DNA of 64,000 nucleotides from an uncultured Gammaproteobacteria bacterium (GTDB lineage Bacteria; Pseudomonadota; Gammaproteobacteria; Arenicellales; JAANXG01): the NCBI GenBank assembly GCA_963731035.1, contig CAVSUY010000022.1, forward strand, positions 4,887 to 68,886. Direction: 5' to 3'. The notes under the pieces are model-generated. The model did no database searches, was not told the origin of the DNA, and saw nothing but the letters and a program-made list of their open reading frames with translations. The stretch's first letter is position 1, and the number at the start of each line of letters is the position of its first letter. Made by a program: the position numbers and the translations under genes. This document shows, in pieces, positions 37,320 to 50,990 of the stretch.

Positions 37320-37901
37320 ATGGTCGAAATTCGGACACGAACGCCAAGCCAAACGCGCCTACCTGGTTCTGGGAGCGGAGTCCAGCGGCACGCACATGGT
37401 GACCGAGCTGTTGATCAGCGCGGGCTGCATTGGCCATGCCGGTGATCACATCGATTGGCAGATCGACCAGCGGGAGCTGCCGAGGACGGATTTCGGCTCT
37501 GGGAGTCCGTCGTGCCCACCGCCAGCAGCCGTGGGATCCGAGCTGCCCCATGACCAGACTCCCATCGTCTGGCGCTAGAGCTCCCCCACGGTGGCGATCG
37601 GGTGGACATCTCCGGGTTGATACAGTTGCTCGAGGAGCGGGGCTATTCGGTCACGACTGTGGTGATCACCCGCTACCGCCACGCCACGATCCAGTCGCAG
37701 CTCAAATGGCGTCATGCCGCCGATGCCACGGCGGCCGCCGCCGCGATCGATCGTGCCACCAGGCATATACCCGCTCATCTCGACAGATGCGCCGCGGATT
37801 TCACCCGGGTGACATACGAGATTCTGGTGCGCGATCCCGGCGCTCGCGAGACCTTGCTGTCGTCGCTGCGCCTCGTGGTGCCTAGCGGTTGGCGCCTGTG
37901 A
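37320..37901 (+). pseudogene. P-loop (sulfotransferase/kinase-like) small protein with two compensating frameshifts (near 37350 and 37575)
   Basis: MVEIRTRTPSQ / KRAYLVLGAESSGTHMVTELLISAGC...TPIVWR / ELPHGGDRVDISGLIQLLEERGYSVTTVVITRYRHATIQSQ. Confidence 0.6.
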
Positions 37902-38068
37902 GAGAAGACAACACAAAATGGGACGCAACGGACGCGGGCGGGCCGGTGGAGGGTTTTCCGGCCGCCGAAGCGCAGATACCGCTCGACGGATTTCCCGAAT
38001 GGAGCTTCGCCTGCCAGCACGCCTTGAGGCGGAACTATCTCGAGTGCGCTCACTAGGGCTGTAAGCGC

Positions 38069-38816
38069 ATGAAGGAGTCCACGGTCATGCTGTGCGGGTT
38101 GGCGCGAGACGTTGAAAGATATCTTGACCCGGTCATTGCCCGCGTTGAGCGATTCGGCCGCTGCTTTGCGAACTACAGGGTGGCGGTATATGAGAACGAT
38201 TCACGCGATTCGACGGCCGCCCGGCTTCAGCGGTGGAGAGAGGAAAACGAACGCGTAGTGGTTCTCAATGAAACCCGGGGCGTCTCTGCGTGGCCAGTTG
38301 GCACTTCCCCTGAGCGCATGGGGCACATGGCGCAATGCAGGAATCGGTATGGAGCTCGCCGGCGATACCTGCCCGGCGGCCGACTTCGTCGTCGTGTTGG
38401 ACATGGACCTGCCGCAGGGATTCAGCTACGAGGGAATCGCCAACACGTTCGGCGATTCGGAGTGGGACATCGTCGGGTCCAACGGTATACTGTTCGCGCC
38501 GGCCGGGGGGATGCCGCTGGGCAGGCGCGACTCTTCGATATGGGCGTTCAGGACAGACGAGTATCCGGACGGGTCGGCATTGGAGATGGTGAACGCGCTC
38601 CGTTTCGAGCGAGGAGAGCCTCTGGTCCCGGTGCGCTCGTGCTTCGGCGGCCTGTGTGTTTACCGCGCGCCGGCTTTCTTCTGCGGCGAACGGTACGATG
38701 GCGGGGACTGTGAGCACGTCGTGTTCCATGAAGCTCTGAGGCGCCGCGGGTATGATCGCCAATTCCTGAATCCGAGCCAGATCGTACTTTACACGGGACC
38801 AGACAAAGCGGGATGA
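38069..38816 (+). pseudogene. GT-A-fold-like transferase, frameshifted near 38348
   Basis: MKESTVMLCGLARDVERYL...VAVYENDSRDST...AQCRNRY, then MELAGDTCPAADFVVVLDMDL...CFGGLCVYR. Span is 748 nt (3n+1). Family call is inference. Confidence 0.6.
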
Positions 38817-39571
38817 ATGCTCATCCACAACAGATTCATGAACTCAGCTCGCCGCGCTACGGCTCCCACTGCTGCGAACCTCGCTCGATTGTCACCCGCA
38901 GATCGAATGCCATACCGAGGTATTCAATCCGGACTTCACCGTGTTCGCCCCGTATGATCGCGCCACTCCCGCGGTAAAGATCTCGATAATCACATCTTCG
39001 GCACACGGCCGTCCGAAATCCAATCGGTGGGCTTCTTACTGCATAGAAGCGCGCCAACTTCGGCGCCTGGCAGGACCTGTGGCCCCGGCTGGAGAAGGAT
39101 GATGCCCTGCGCATCGTCAGCCTGCGGCGCGAGAACCTGCTGCGCCGTTACCTGTCTTATCTCACCATGAAAGAGCCGCGCGAGCGCAAGCTCCATCCAC
39201 GGACACTGGATCCCGTGGAGTTGGAGGCGGAGTTCGAGGCGCGCCACAGTGAAATCACATCGTTCGACGAACGCTTCGCGGGCCATCCGCTGCTGGTCGT
39301 GACCTACGAGCAGCTGTGCCACGACCACGCCAACACCCTCGAGGCTGTGCAGCACTTCCTGTCAGTGCCGGTGACGGACCTGGCTCCGCACACCAACCGC
39401 AATCCGCGCCTGGATCTCAGGTCGGCGATTTCGAACTACGACGCCCTCCGCGCCCACTTCGAGCACACGCCCTGGGCGGGATTCTTTGACGACAGACCGG
39501 AGCCCCCGGTTGACCAGATCAAGTTCGGTGGATACACGGGACGCATCACCATTGCTTCCTCTGGCGACTGA
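38813..39571 (+). pseudogene. sulfotransferase with at least 2 frame changes and an in-frame TAG
   Basis: MNAHPQQIHELSSPRYGS / LLRTSLDCHPQIECHTEVFNPDF / ...SVGFLLH / NFGAWQDLWPRLEKDDALRIVSLRRENLLRRYLS...LLVVTYEQL...FLSV. ATGA overlap with the previous gene. Confidence 0.6.
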
Positions 39572-39603
39572 GACCGGCCTCCGGGGACGGACGCCGGAGA
39601 ATC

Positions 39604-40068
39604 TTGGAGGCCGCGTCCCCGGGAATATCCCCTATGAATGATCCTGAGCCGGGGTCTCTTTATGTGCCGTATCTAACCGACAACTTCTGGGAAGAAACCG
39701 CACTCGACCGCTTCCGCTACGATACGTTCGTGGAAACAGGGAGTTACAGAGGGTTCGTGCTTGAGTTCATGAAAACCCGATTCAGGTTCATTGACAGCAT
39801 CGAGCTTTCGAATAGATGGTATGAGTTTTGCCGGGAAAAGTTCAGGAATGATGCGCATATGTATTTGCATCAGTTTGAGTACAACTGGACCGGTATCACA
39901 CTGGAGAGGGTACTGGGTCTGATGAAGCCGGGTTATGGGTGCTTGGAGAACGCACAATCCCGGTATACAGTGACACCTCGCGAGGACCAGTTGATCTTCT
40001 ATCCTCTTGGGGACCGGGCGTTCTTCGAGCGACGAGGAGCGGGGTGTAACGGCTGGGGAGGCTTCTAG
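39604..40068 (+). CDS. hypothetical protein with methyltransferase-like N-terminal motif, possibly degraded
   Basis: DTFVETGSYRGFVLEFM...IDSIELS resembles class I/FkbM-type MTases. Downstream motifs not found. Confidence 0.35.
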   Translation: MEAASPGISPMNDPEPGSLYVPYLTDNFWEETALDRFRYDTFVETGSYRGFVLEFMKTRFRFIDSIELSNRWYEFCREKFRNDAHMYLHQFEYNWTGITLERVLGLMKPGYGCLENAQSRYTVTPREDQLIFYPLGDRAFFERRGAGCNGWGGF

Positions 40069-40283
40069 GCGCCGATCGAGAAGGCCTGGCTGGTGGTGCC
40101 CCTGAGCCCGTGGGTGGCGATGACGGAGCTTCTCGCATGAGCCGGCAGCGTAACGGATTCGATGATGGGCCTCACCCAGCGCGTCGGTACCGTCGTACCC
40201 GCGAACAGCGAAGCGGCGAGCAGAGTCCGGCGAACGTGCTTGTGATCGAAAGATCCATCGCCCTTTTTAGACTTTTCTTTCAT
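40065..40283 (-). CDS. small secreted peptide precursor sharing the leader of the 4111-4596 protein
   Basis: 72 aa. HVRRTLLAASLFAGTTVPTRWVRPIIESVTLPAHA then a 22-aa tail. The motif W-x-[KR]-P-[VI]-I-[DE]-S-V-x-L-P-A-H-A is shared. Confidence 0.5.
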   Translation of the reverse strand: MKEKSKKGDGSFDHKHVRRTLLAASLFAGTTVPTRWVRPIIESVTLPAHARSSVIATHGLRGTTSQAFSIGA

Positions 40284-40413
40284 AACTGAAACCTTCTTCG
40301 GCAGGCCGAGACAACCCGATAAGCAAAGTATACAGCTTTTCGCCGGCAAGTCGTCGCGGCGGCCAATCTGCGGCCTGGGCCTTCGTTCGTTCATCCCGCC
40401 GGTCCGGCTGAGG

Positions 40414-40884
40414 TTGCACCGGCCGGCGGGATGGAACGGGGCTCAGCTCAACGAATACGCCCACTCGGCGCCGCTCGCGCGGCAGATCCCCAGCGCCCGG
40501 CTGGTGGAGCTGCCGGGTCCTGATCACTTGTTGTTCGCCGGTGACAACAGCGACGAGATCACCCGGGCCATCGTGGATTTTATCGAGGCTCCGGCGAAAC
40601 GCGAGAAGACCAATCGCGTGCTCGCGACCATTGTTCTGATCCAGTACGGAGACGGCGTGGGCGACCGTGTGTCCGACGCCGTGGCGGCATCTGTCAGTGA
40701 CGAGCTCCGGCGTTTTCGTGCCACCCACGTCGCGGCCCAGGACGGCGCCGGGATCGCGGCGACCTTCGACGGTCCCGCCAGGGCTCTCGAATGCGCGCGC
40801 TCATTGTCGCTGCTTCTCTCTGCGGCGGGCATCCATCACCGCATCGGGGTACACGCCGGCGAGGTTACCCGCGATCGTCTGTGA
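40414..40884 (+). pseudogene. fragment of an alpha/beta-hydrolase + class III nucleotidyl cyclase fusion
   Basis: ARLVELPGPDHLLFAGDNSDEITRAIVDFI is a hydrolase C-terminus. RVLATIVL...GIHHRIGVHAGEVTRD is a degenerate, truncated cyclase. Ends at a REP. Confidence 0.6.
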
Positions 40885-40886
40885 GC

Positions 40887-40910
40887 AATCGCGGCTGAAG
40901 CCGCTCCTAC
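40887..40910. repeat. REP family 2 unit
   Basis: aatcgcggctgaagccgctcctac. Confidence 0.85.
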
Positions 40911-40937
40911 CATCCGTGGATCAGCCCTGTGGCAGCA

Positions 40938-45146
<4,209 letters not shown>

Positions 45147-45342
45147 GACTCAGTAAACCACGAAGCCGGGTTGCCGCCAAGGGAGTATGCCACGCCGGAT
45201 CGGCTCAAAGGGTCTGCGTGGATTCGGCGTCGCCACCGGCGATTCGACGCCGGTTTGTTCACATCGCAATAAAACGCATCGGGGCCGGCGTGGTGATATT
45301 GGCGGACGTCCTTGGCACGGTGCCAATCGTTCGATTCAGGCG

Positions 45343-46152
45343 CTACCAGATTACCTCGTCGGCCATCAGTGCCATGGCGCGGATCGGCTCATAGTCTTCA
45401 TCCTGAACCGGAGCCATTTTGAGCAAGCCATGCTCTTCCAGAATGCTCCGTCCCGGTTCGCCTTCGTGCATTCGCCAGAGAGCCTCACGAATTGCCTGAC
45501 GCAGTTCCGGCGGCACATCTTTATGGACCACCCACGGCGGTATGGGGCTCGGTCCCAGAACGTCAATGACTCGCAGCTGGGTCTTGAGCCGGGGCTGAAG
45601 GTCCATTTCGATTTCGAGGACGGTACTGTCAATCGCGCTTGCGTCAACGGCCCCGTCCAGGACCATCTCAAGGGCCCGGAGGTGGGAACCGGCTTCGATA
45701 ACACGGCCAAAGTAACCTTTGCTCTCGCCCAGGGCCGCCAGGTGGTACCGGGTAATATTGTATCCCGACTGGGAGCCGGTTTCGTTATAAGCCCACGACG
45801 CACCGCGTAAGTCGGTGAAGCAGCCATATTCCCTGTCACTGCGCACGACGACATCGGAGAAATAGACCGGTCGCTGCTGATAACGCGGGTGCTGCATGAC
45901 CGGCGCGGCCACCAGTTCGATGCAGGGAAACTTCCGGTCCACCCTACGCACATACGGCAATCCGCAAATCCAACCTAAGTGGACCTGTCCCGCGTCCAAC
46001 ATCCGTCCCCGCTCTTTCCACGGAATATCGTTGACGAACTCCGTCTCTACGCCCAAGTGATCACCAAGATAGCCGGTAACTGCCCGGCACATGGGAGCCG
46101 CGTTGTCCGACTGGATCGAGATGACCTTGAGAGTTCCGGGGACACAATACAT
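45343..46152 (-). CDS. PhnD-like substrate-binding-fold protein (no signal peptide)
   Basis: SQSGYNITRYHLA and an overall PhnD-like pattern. The annotated ATG lies inside a REP unit, so the true start may be internal. Confidence 0.7.
   Translation of the reverse strand: MYCVPGTLKVISIQSDNAAPMCRAVTGYLGDHLGVETEFVNDIPWKERGRMLDAGQVHLGWICGLPYVRRVDRKFPCIELVAAPVMQHPRYQQRPVYFSDVVVRSDREYGCFTDLRGASWAYNETGSQSGYNITRYHLAALGESKGYFGRVIEAGSHLRALEMVLDGAVDASAIDSTVLEIEMDLQPRLKTQLRVIDVLGPSPIPPWVVHKDVPPELRQAIREALWRMHEGEPGRSILEEHGLLKMAPVQDEDYEPIRAMALMADEVIW
46133..46150. repeat. REP family 1 unit flanking the RAYT (inverted relative to 46913-46930)
   Basis: gttccggggacacaatac. Confidence 0.8.
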
Positions 46153-46154
46153 AA

Positions 46155-46814
46155 CTAGTCAGCCCTTTTCGGGCCAGGCTTCTGGCGCCGCAGGCGACGA
46201 CCCGTTAGAGATTCGAGGCGCCGAAGGAACGAATCGGAGCCCAACGGGCGGCCGGTACGTTCATGGAGCTTAAGCACTTCGGTATCTTGCGGGCTCGGAT
46301 TTTCCGTCAAGTATTCGGACCAATCGTCGACGCGATTTAGCATCGGGGCCACGCTTACCAATTCGTCGTCCCTGCCGTCCAAATGTGCCCGGGCACTGGA
46401 CCATTTCCAGCTTCCCGGACGAGTACACAGGCCGGCTCGAACCGGGTTCAGCTCAATGTAACGGACGGCGGCTATCAAGTGAGACTCATCCATCGGGAAC
46501 GAAGCAAAGCGGCCCTGCCACAGATACCCCCTCCATCCTTCACGAAAGTTGACATAGCGTGTGTATCTCCTGTGTGCTTCAGCCAGTGATCGATGCAGAC
46601 CGTCAATACTGCGGGGCAATAGCACGAGATGCACATGATTGGGCATCAGACAGTAGGCCCATACCGCAACATTGGCCTTCTTACAGTGGCGGCTGATCAA
46701 GAGCCTGTAGTGACGATAGTCCCTGTCGGAAAAAAAGACTCGTTGCCGGCGATTGCCGCGTTGCGTGATGTGGTGTGGGATATCAGGTACCACGACCCGT
46801 GCCATCCTGGCCAT
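46155..46814 (-). mobile_element. REP-associated tyrosine transposase (RAYT, IS200/Y1 family)
   Basis: IPHHITQRGNRRQRVF...YCLMPNHVHLVL...YIELNPVRAGL. Flanked by inverted REP units. Confidence 0.85.
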
Positions 46815-46912
46815 ATTGCTCCTTTCTAGTCAGCCCCATTGAGGGACCACAAGTCTAACCCATGCGGTGGCCTAGATCGAGTTCCTAGCCTCTCTCGAGC
46901 GGGAGGAATTGA

Positions 46913-46945
46913 GTATTGTGTCCCCCGAATACCGAATACAATACT
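46913..46945. repeat. REP family 1 unit with hairpin partner
   Basis: GTATTGTGTCCCCCGAAT followed by gaATACAATACT, which is complementary to AGTATTGT. Confidence 0.8.
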
Positions 46946-47327
46946 ATTCGCTGCCCAACAGCTCGATCAACGCGCGGAACAGGTCGGTTTCAGTGAGGAG
47001 GCCGACGACGCGGCCGCCTTTGAGCACTGGCAGTCCGCCGATGCGGTTTGAGACCATCAGCCTGGCGGCGGACGCCAGTGGGTCATCGGGGGAAACGGTT
47101 ATCACCGGGGAATGCATGACCTCATAGACCTCGACCTTCGCTTCCCGGAAATGGCGCGCGGCGAGTTGAAGATCCCGGTGCGTCAGTATGCCGACCAACT
47201 TCCCTTCCGGGTCCACCACCGGCAGATGATGCAGGTTCTTGTCGTGCATGATGTCGAAGGCTTCCCGGTAGTCGGTGTCGGTCTGAATGGTGATAGGGGC
47301 CTCGGACATGTAGCTACTGACTTTCAT
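46944..47327 (-). CDS. CBS-pair domain protein
   Basis: 127 aa with two CBS-like repeats (HHLPVVDPEGKLVGILT; IGGLPVLKGGRVVGLLT). Confidence 0.85.
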   Translation of the reverse strand: MKVSSYMSEAPITIQTDTDYREAFDIMHDKNLHHLPVVDPEGKLVGILTHRDLQLAARHFREAKVEVYEVMHSPVITVSPDDPLASAARLMVSNRIGGLPVLKGGRVVGLLTETDLFRALIELLGSE

Positions 47328-47585
47328 TGAGGTTCTCCGTCGACTGACCGGTAATACCGGCGAATGTTTTTTTCACAGGGTCCGTCTCAATGCCGCGGCG
47401 GGCGGTGGACAGCCTCCGTGCCACTCTGCGCTCGGACGCGGAAAAAGTGTTGATCCAGATCAGAATTCCGTTTCAGGATGACAGGTCCATTGGTGGAACC
47501 CACCGCCGGATGCTACATTAGAGTCAACAATCGCATGGTCGCGCGCCAGTATGGGCGGCGACCGGCAAGAGAGCGAAAAACCGCT

Positions 47586-48686
47586 ATGGAAACGATCGCG
47601 AGCGCCACCAATGGAGACGCGCAGCGCCTCCGCAGCTTGATTCCGCTGGAAAGCCTCAGCGACGAAGGCTTCGAGCGCGTGGTGAACACCATGACCCTTC
47701 GTCCAGTCAAGGCCGGAACGCTGTTGTTCCGTATGGGCAAGCAGAACGAATACTCCCTTTATCTCCTCGATGGCCGCGTGGAGCTCTCCAATTTCGAGAC
47801 GCTGGAGCGGATCGATGCCGACACCGAGCGCGCCCGCCGCCCCCTGGCCAACGTCAAGACCAACAAATTCAACGGCGTGGCGGCGACCGACTGCATCGTG
47901 GCGGTTATCGACGGGGCCCTGTTGGAAAAGCATCTTGCTTGGGATCAGATGGCGCGCAAACCGGTGGAAGGCTACGAAGTCCGGGAGTTCGAAGGCACCG
48001 CCGACGTCGACTGGATGCTGCAGATGCTCCAGACAAAAGTCTTCATGCGCCTGCCCACCGCAAACATTCAGACCCTGTTCGATCGATTCGAAGAGTGTCA
48101 GGTTACTGCGGGCCAGGTGGTGTTGACACAGGGCGACCCTGGCGACTACTACTACATTATCAAGCAGGGACGTTGCAGCGTCACTCGTTGCGATGTCGAG
48201 GGAACGCCGGAATCAACGCTGGCCGAGCTGGGCCCGCGCGACGCTTTCGGAGAAGAGTCACTGCTGTCCGACAATCCGCGCAACGCCACCATAACCATGC
48301 TCACCGACGGCGTATTGATGCGTCTGGCAAAGGAGGACTTCCGGACCCTGATGACCGAACCGCTGGTCAAGCGCGTCGACGGCGCGCGGATGGCCGCGAT
48401 GATGCGGGAAGGCGCGGTGGTACTGGACGTGCGCCTGGAAAGCGAGTTCCAGCAGGGCAGTATCGAGAAGGCCCGCAACCTGCCGCTGTACCTGTTGAGG
48501 CTCAAGGCCGCCACCCTGGATCCTGGAACTCGCTACGTCATCGTCTGCGACACGGGAGCGCGCAGCGCCGCCGCGACCTTCCTGTTAAGCGAGCGCGGCC
48601 TGGACGCCTCGATGCTTCAGGGCGGGCTGGCGTCTCTGCGCCCCCCGGGACAGCCTCAAACTGAGCCGCGCGACCCAGGGTCGTGA
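47586..48686 (+). CDS. two cyclic-nucleotide-binding domains + C-terminal rhodanese domain
   Basis: GDPGDYYYIIKQGRC...FGEESLL is cNMP-like. VVLDVRLESEFQQGSIEKARNLP...VIVCDTGARS is rhodanese-like. Confidence 0.8.
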   Translation: METIASATNGDAQRLRSLIPLESLSDEGFERVVNTMTLRPVKAGTLLFRMGKQNEYSLYLLDGRVELSNFETLERIDADTERARRPLANVKTNKFNGVAATDCIVAVIDGALLEKHLAWDQMARKPVEGYEVREFEGTADVDWMLQMLQTKVFMRLPTANIQTLFDRFEECQVTAGQVVLTQGDPGDYYYIIKQGRCSVTRCDVEGTPESTLAELGPRDAFGEESLLSDNPRNATITMLTDGVLMRLAKEDFRTLMTEPLVKRVDGARMAAMMREGAVVLDVRLESEFQQGSIEKARNLPLYLLRLKAATLDPGTRYVIVCDTGARSAAATFLLSERGLDASMLQGGLASLRPPGQPQTEPRDPGS

Positions 48687-48717
48687 TCCCAGGAGAAGGA
48701 CGATCGGGCAGACGGGT

Positions 48718-48921
48718 CTACTGACTCTGCTGCTCGATCTCTTTGCGCTGCCGGTCCGCGTCCTGGAGGACGGTCTGCTCCACCTGCTTTGCCTTATCGA
48801 GCGCCCGGGTCTGCCCTTTCCAGACCGTATCGTCGCTCTTGCTTCCGCTACCGTCGGAGCATGCGGCTGTCGCGAGTATCAGCGCGATCATGATGAGTCG
48901 GTACGACTTTGCCATGTTCAT
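48718..48921 (-). CDS. small lipoprotein
   Basis: Lipobox ILATAAC after a hydrophobic signal. Confidence 0.6.
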   Translation of the reverse strand: MNMAKSYRLIMIALILATAACSDGSGSKSDDTVWKGQTRALDKAKQVEQTVLQDADRQRKEIEQQSQ

Positions 48922-48947
48922 AGTGTAGTCCCGACGGGCGACGCGCC

Positions 48948-49445
48948 TTATGATTGAGAATCGTCTATGACGAGGCGCTCGATTCCGTGCTTCTCGAATT
49001 CCGCGGCGTACTTCTGCTCGTAGGGGGCGGCGCGTTTCCAGAACTCCTCCGTATCGAGACGGTCTGGCGCGTCGTCGGGCAACCCCCCGTATACGTCGCG
49101 ATCGGTGAAGCGCTCGATGAGCTCCTCCCAGAAGTTCATGGCGTCATATTCCTCGATCCTATCGAACACGTCGTTTGCGTCCTCGTACTCCTTCGTGGGG
49201 TAGTAGCGGTTCAGCTCCGGAGCAGCCTCGACCAGGTTCCGAAATCCCGACTCCTCGGCGTAGGAATAGATCTTCTGAAACAGCATCTGATACGGATCGT
49301 CGTCCGAGGGTTCTTCCACGTCGTGGGAGGTCAGAATCCAATCGGCAATGAAAACCACGTCGAGAAGCAGGCGATATTCTTGCTTGGTGAAGTCGATCTT
49401 CAAGTCTGTCGTCCAGGCCGTACTATTGAAATCCAGGCAGACCAT
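48948..49445 (-). CDS. acidic hypothetical protein
   Basis: 165-aa ORF. No family recognised. Confidence 0.55.
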   Translation of the reverse strand: MVCLDFNSTAWTTDLKIDFTKQEYRLLLDVVFIADWILTSHDVEEPSDDDPYQMLFQKIYSYAEESGFRNLVEAAPELNRYYPTKEYEDANDVFDRIEEYDAMNFWEELIERFTDRDVYGGLPDDAPDRLDTEEFWKRAAPYEQKYAAEFEKHGIERLVIDDSQS

Positions 49446-49532
49446 TGGTCCCGCCTGAGAACCGGTTTACACGGGATTTCTCCCTTACCAGATAGTAGCC
49501 GGTAATCGCGCCTATTGTCAGCAGACGAGTAG

Positions 49533-50291
49533 TTATTGCACGAGCGGCGAATCAGAAGCCTGGATTTCCACTCCCTTGATCTCGGCCTCGGCGGCCAGGC
49601 GACCAATGTACTGACTCACGGCGCGACGCCAGGCACGCTCGTGCAGGTAATCGGCGATCAGGTGGTGGACCTGGTCGTAGTCAAGCGGCTCGCCGCCGGA
49701 GCGCCGCAGGACCTCTACGATGTGAAAGCCGTACCGCGTCTCGACCGGCCGTTCGGCGAGTCCCACCGCCAGCCGGAGGATGACTTCCTCGAATTCGGGG
49801 ACTGTCTGGCCGCGTCCCACGACCCCCAGGTGTCCCCCCTGGTCGGCTGAAGGGCAATCCGAATGGCGGGTGGCAAGCCTGGCGAAATCATCCGGCGTGT
49901 CGCGCAGCTCCGCCAGCAGCGCCTCCGCAGTGTCCCGCTGGCGCACGCGGGCGGCGGGGTCGTCGGGGGCCGCCGCCAGCAGAATATGCCGTACCTCGAT
50001 CTCGTCGGGAGATCGAAAACGCTCGCGGTTGGCCTCGAAGTAGCGGCGGCACGCCGCGACGTCGGCTTCCGGGACCCGGACCTCGGTGGCCAGAAGCTCG
50101 TCTATCGCTTCCCCGGTGCGGTCATTTGAGGAGATCCCCGTCGCTTCGGCACGCTGCCGCAGCAGCTCGCGGATCACCAGCCGTCTCGCCGCCTCCTCCC
50201 GGCGCCCCTCGATGGTCCCCTCTTCGACGTGCCCGGACTCGAGGTTGATATCCTCTTTGGACACGAGAACCCGGTTTACGGATACCAGCAC
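49533..50291 (-). CDS. parvulin-type peptidyl-prolyl isomerase associated with the nar operon
   Basis: VRHILL...HSDCPSADQGGHLGVVGRGQTVPEFE...GFHIVEV. Confidence 0.8.
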   Translation of the reverse strand: MLVSVNRVLVSKEDINLESGHVEEGTIEGRREEAARRLVIRELLRQRAEATGISSNDRTGEAIDELLATEVRVPEADVAACRRYFEANRERFRSPDEIEVRHILLAAAPDDPAARVRQRDTAEALLAELRDTPDDFARLATRHSDCPSADQGGHLGVVGRGQTVPEFEEVILRLAVGLAERPVETRYGFHIVEVLRRSGGEPLDYDQVHHLIADYLHERAWRRAVSQYIGRLAAEAEIKGVEIQASDSPLVQ

Positions 50292-50301
50292 CGGACCAAG
50301 C

Positions 50302-50988
50302 TCAGACGGCTCGCCGGCGGACGATCTGGTACTGCCTCGCGACGTAGCCCACGGGAATACTCCAGATGTGGACCAGACGCGTGAACGGAAACACCAGGAA
50401 AATCGTCAGGCCGAGGAACAGGTGCACCTTGTATACCCAGTGCACACCGGCGATGTAGTCGGCCGCCCCGGGGCGGAAAGTGACGATGCGCTGAGCCCAG
50501 TCGGCCAGCACCAGCATCATGGAACCATCCAGGTGGCGTCCGGAGATCGCGATGGTGAAAAGGCCCAGGATGAGCTGGGCATACAAGAGCACCAGGATGA
50601 AAATGTCCATGCGCGTGGAATGCGCCCGGACACGCGGATGATACAACCGCCGGTGCAGGAGTATCGTGCCGCCTACCAGCGCAATGACGCCGGCGATGCC
50701 GCCCGAGACCATGGCCATTATTTGTTTGCTTTCGGCCGTCAGCCCGAAATAGGGATAAAGCCAGTGCGGCATCAGCAGGCCGACCAAGTGGCCCAGGAAC
50801 AGGAACAGCACGCCCACGTGGAACAGCACGCTGCCGACCTGGAAACGAAACGAGTTGTCGAGCAGCTGGCTGGAGTTGGTCTTCCAGGTGTACTGGCTCA
50901 TGTCGAAGCGAACCAGACTACCGAGCAGGAAGACCGTGCCGGCAATGTAGGGGTAGTAACCGAACAGTAGATTGTTGAGAAAGGACAT
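50302..50988 (-). CDS. narI: respiratory nitrate reductase gamma subunit
   Basis: MSFLNNLLFGYYPYIAG... with multiple TM segments and haem-ligand His residues. Confidence 0.9.
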   Translation of the reverse strand: MSFLNNLLFGYYPYIAGTVFLLGSLVRFDMSQYTWKTNSSQLLDNSFRFQVGSVLFHVGVLFLFLGHLVGLLMPHWLYPYFGLTAESKQIMAMVSGGIAGVIALVGGTILLHRRLYHPRVRAHSTRMDIFILVLLYAQLILGLFTIAISGRHLDGSMMLVLADWAQRIVTFRPGAADYIAGVHWVYKVHLFLGLTIFLVFPFTRLVHIWSIPVGYVARQYQIVRRRAV

Positions 50989-50990
50989 GG

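Noticed and set aside
36159-37928. Pile-up of overlapping ORFs in all six frames (241, 196, 152, 143, 131, 130 aa ...)
   Set aside because: They arise from T depletion (few stop codons possible). Only short segments match GT4 or P-loop homology, and across frame changes.
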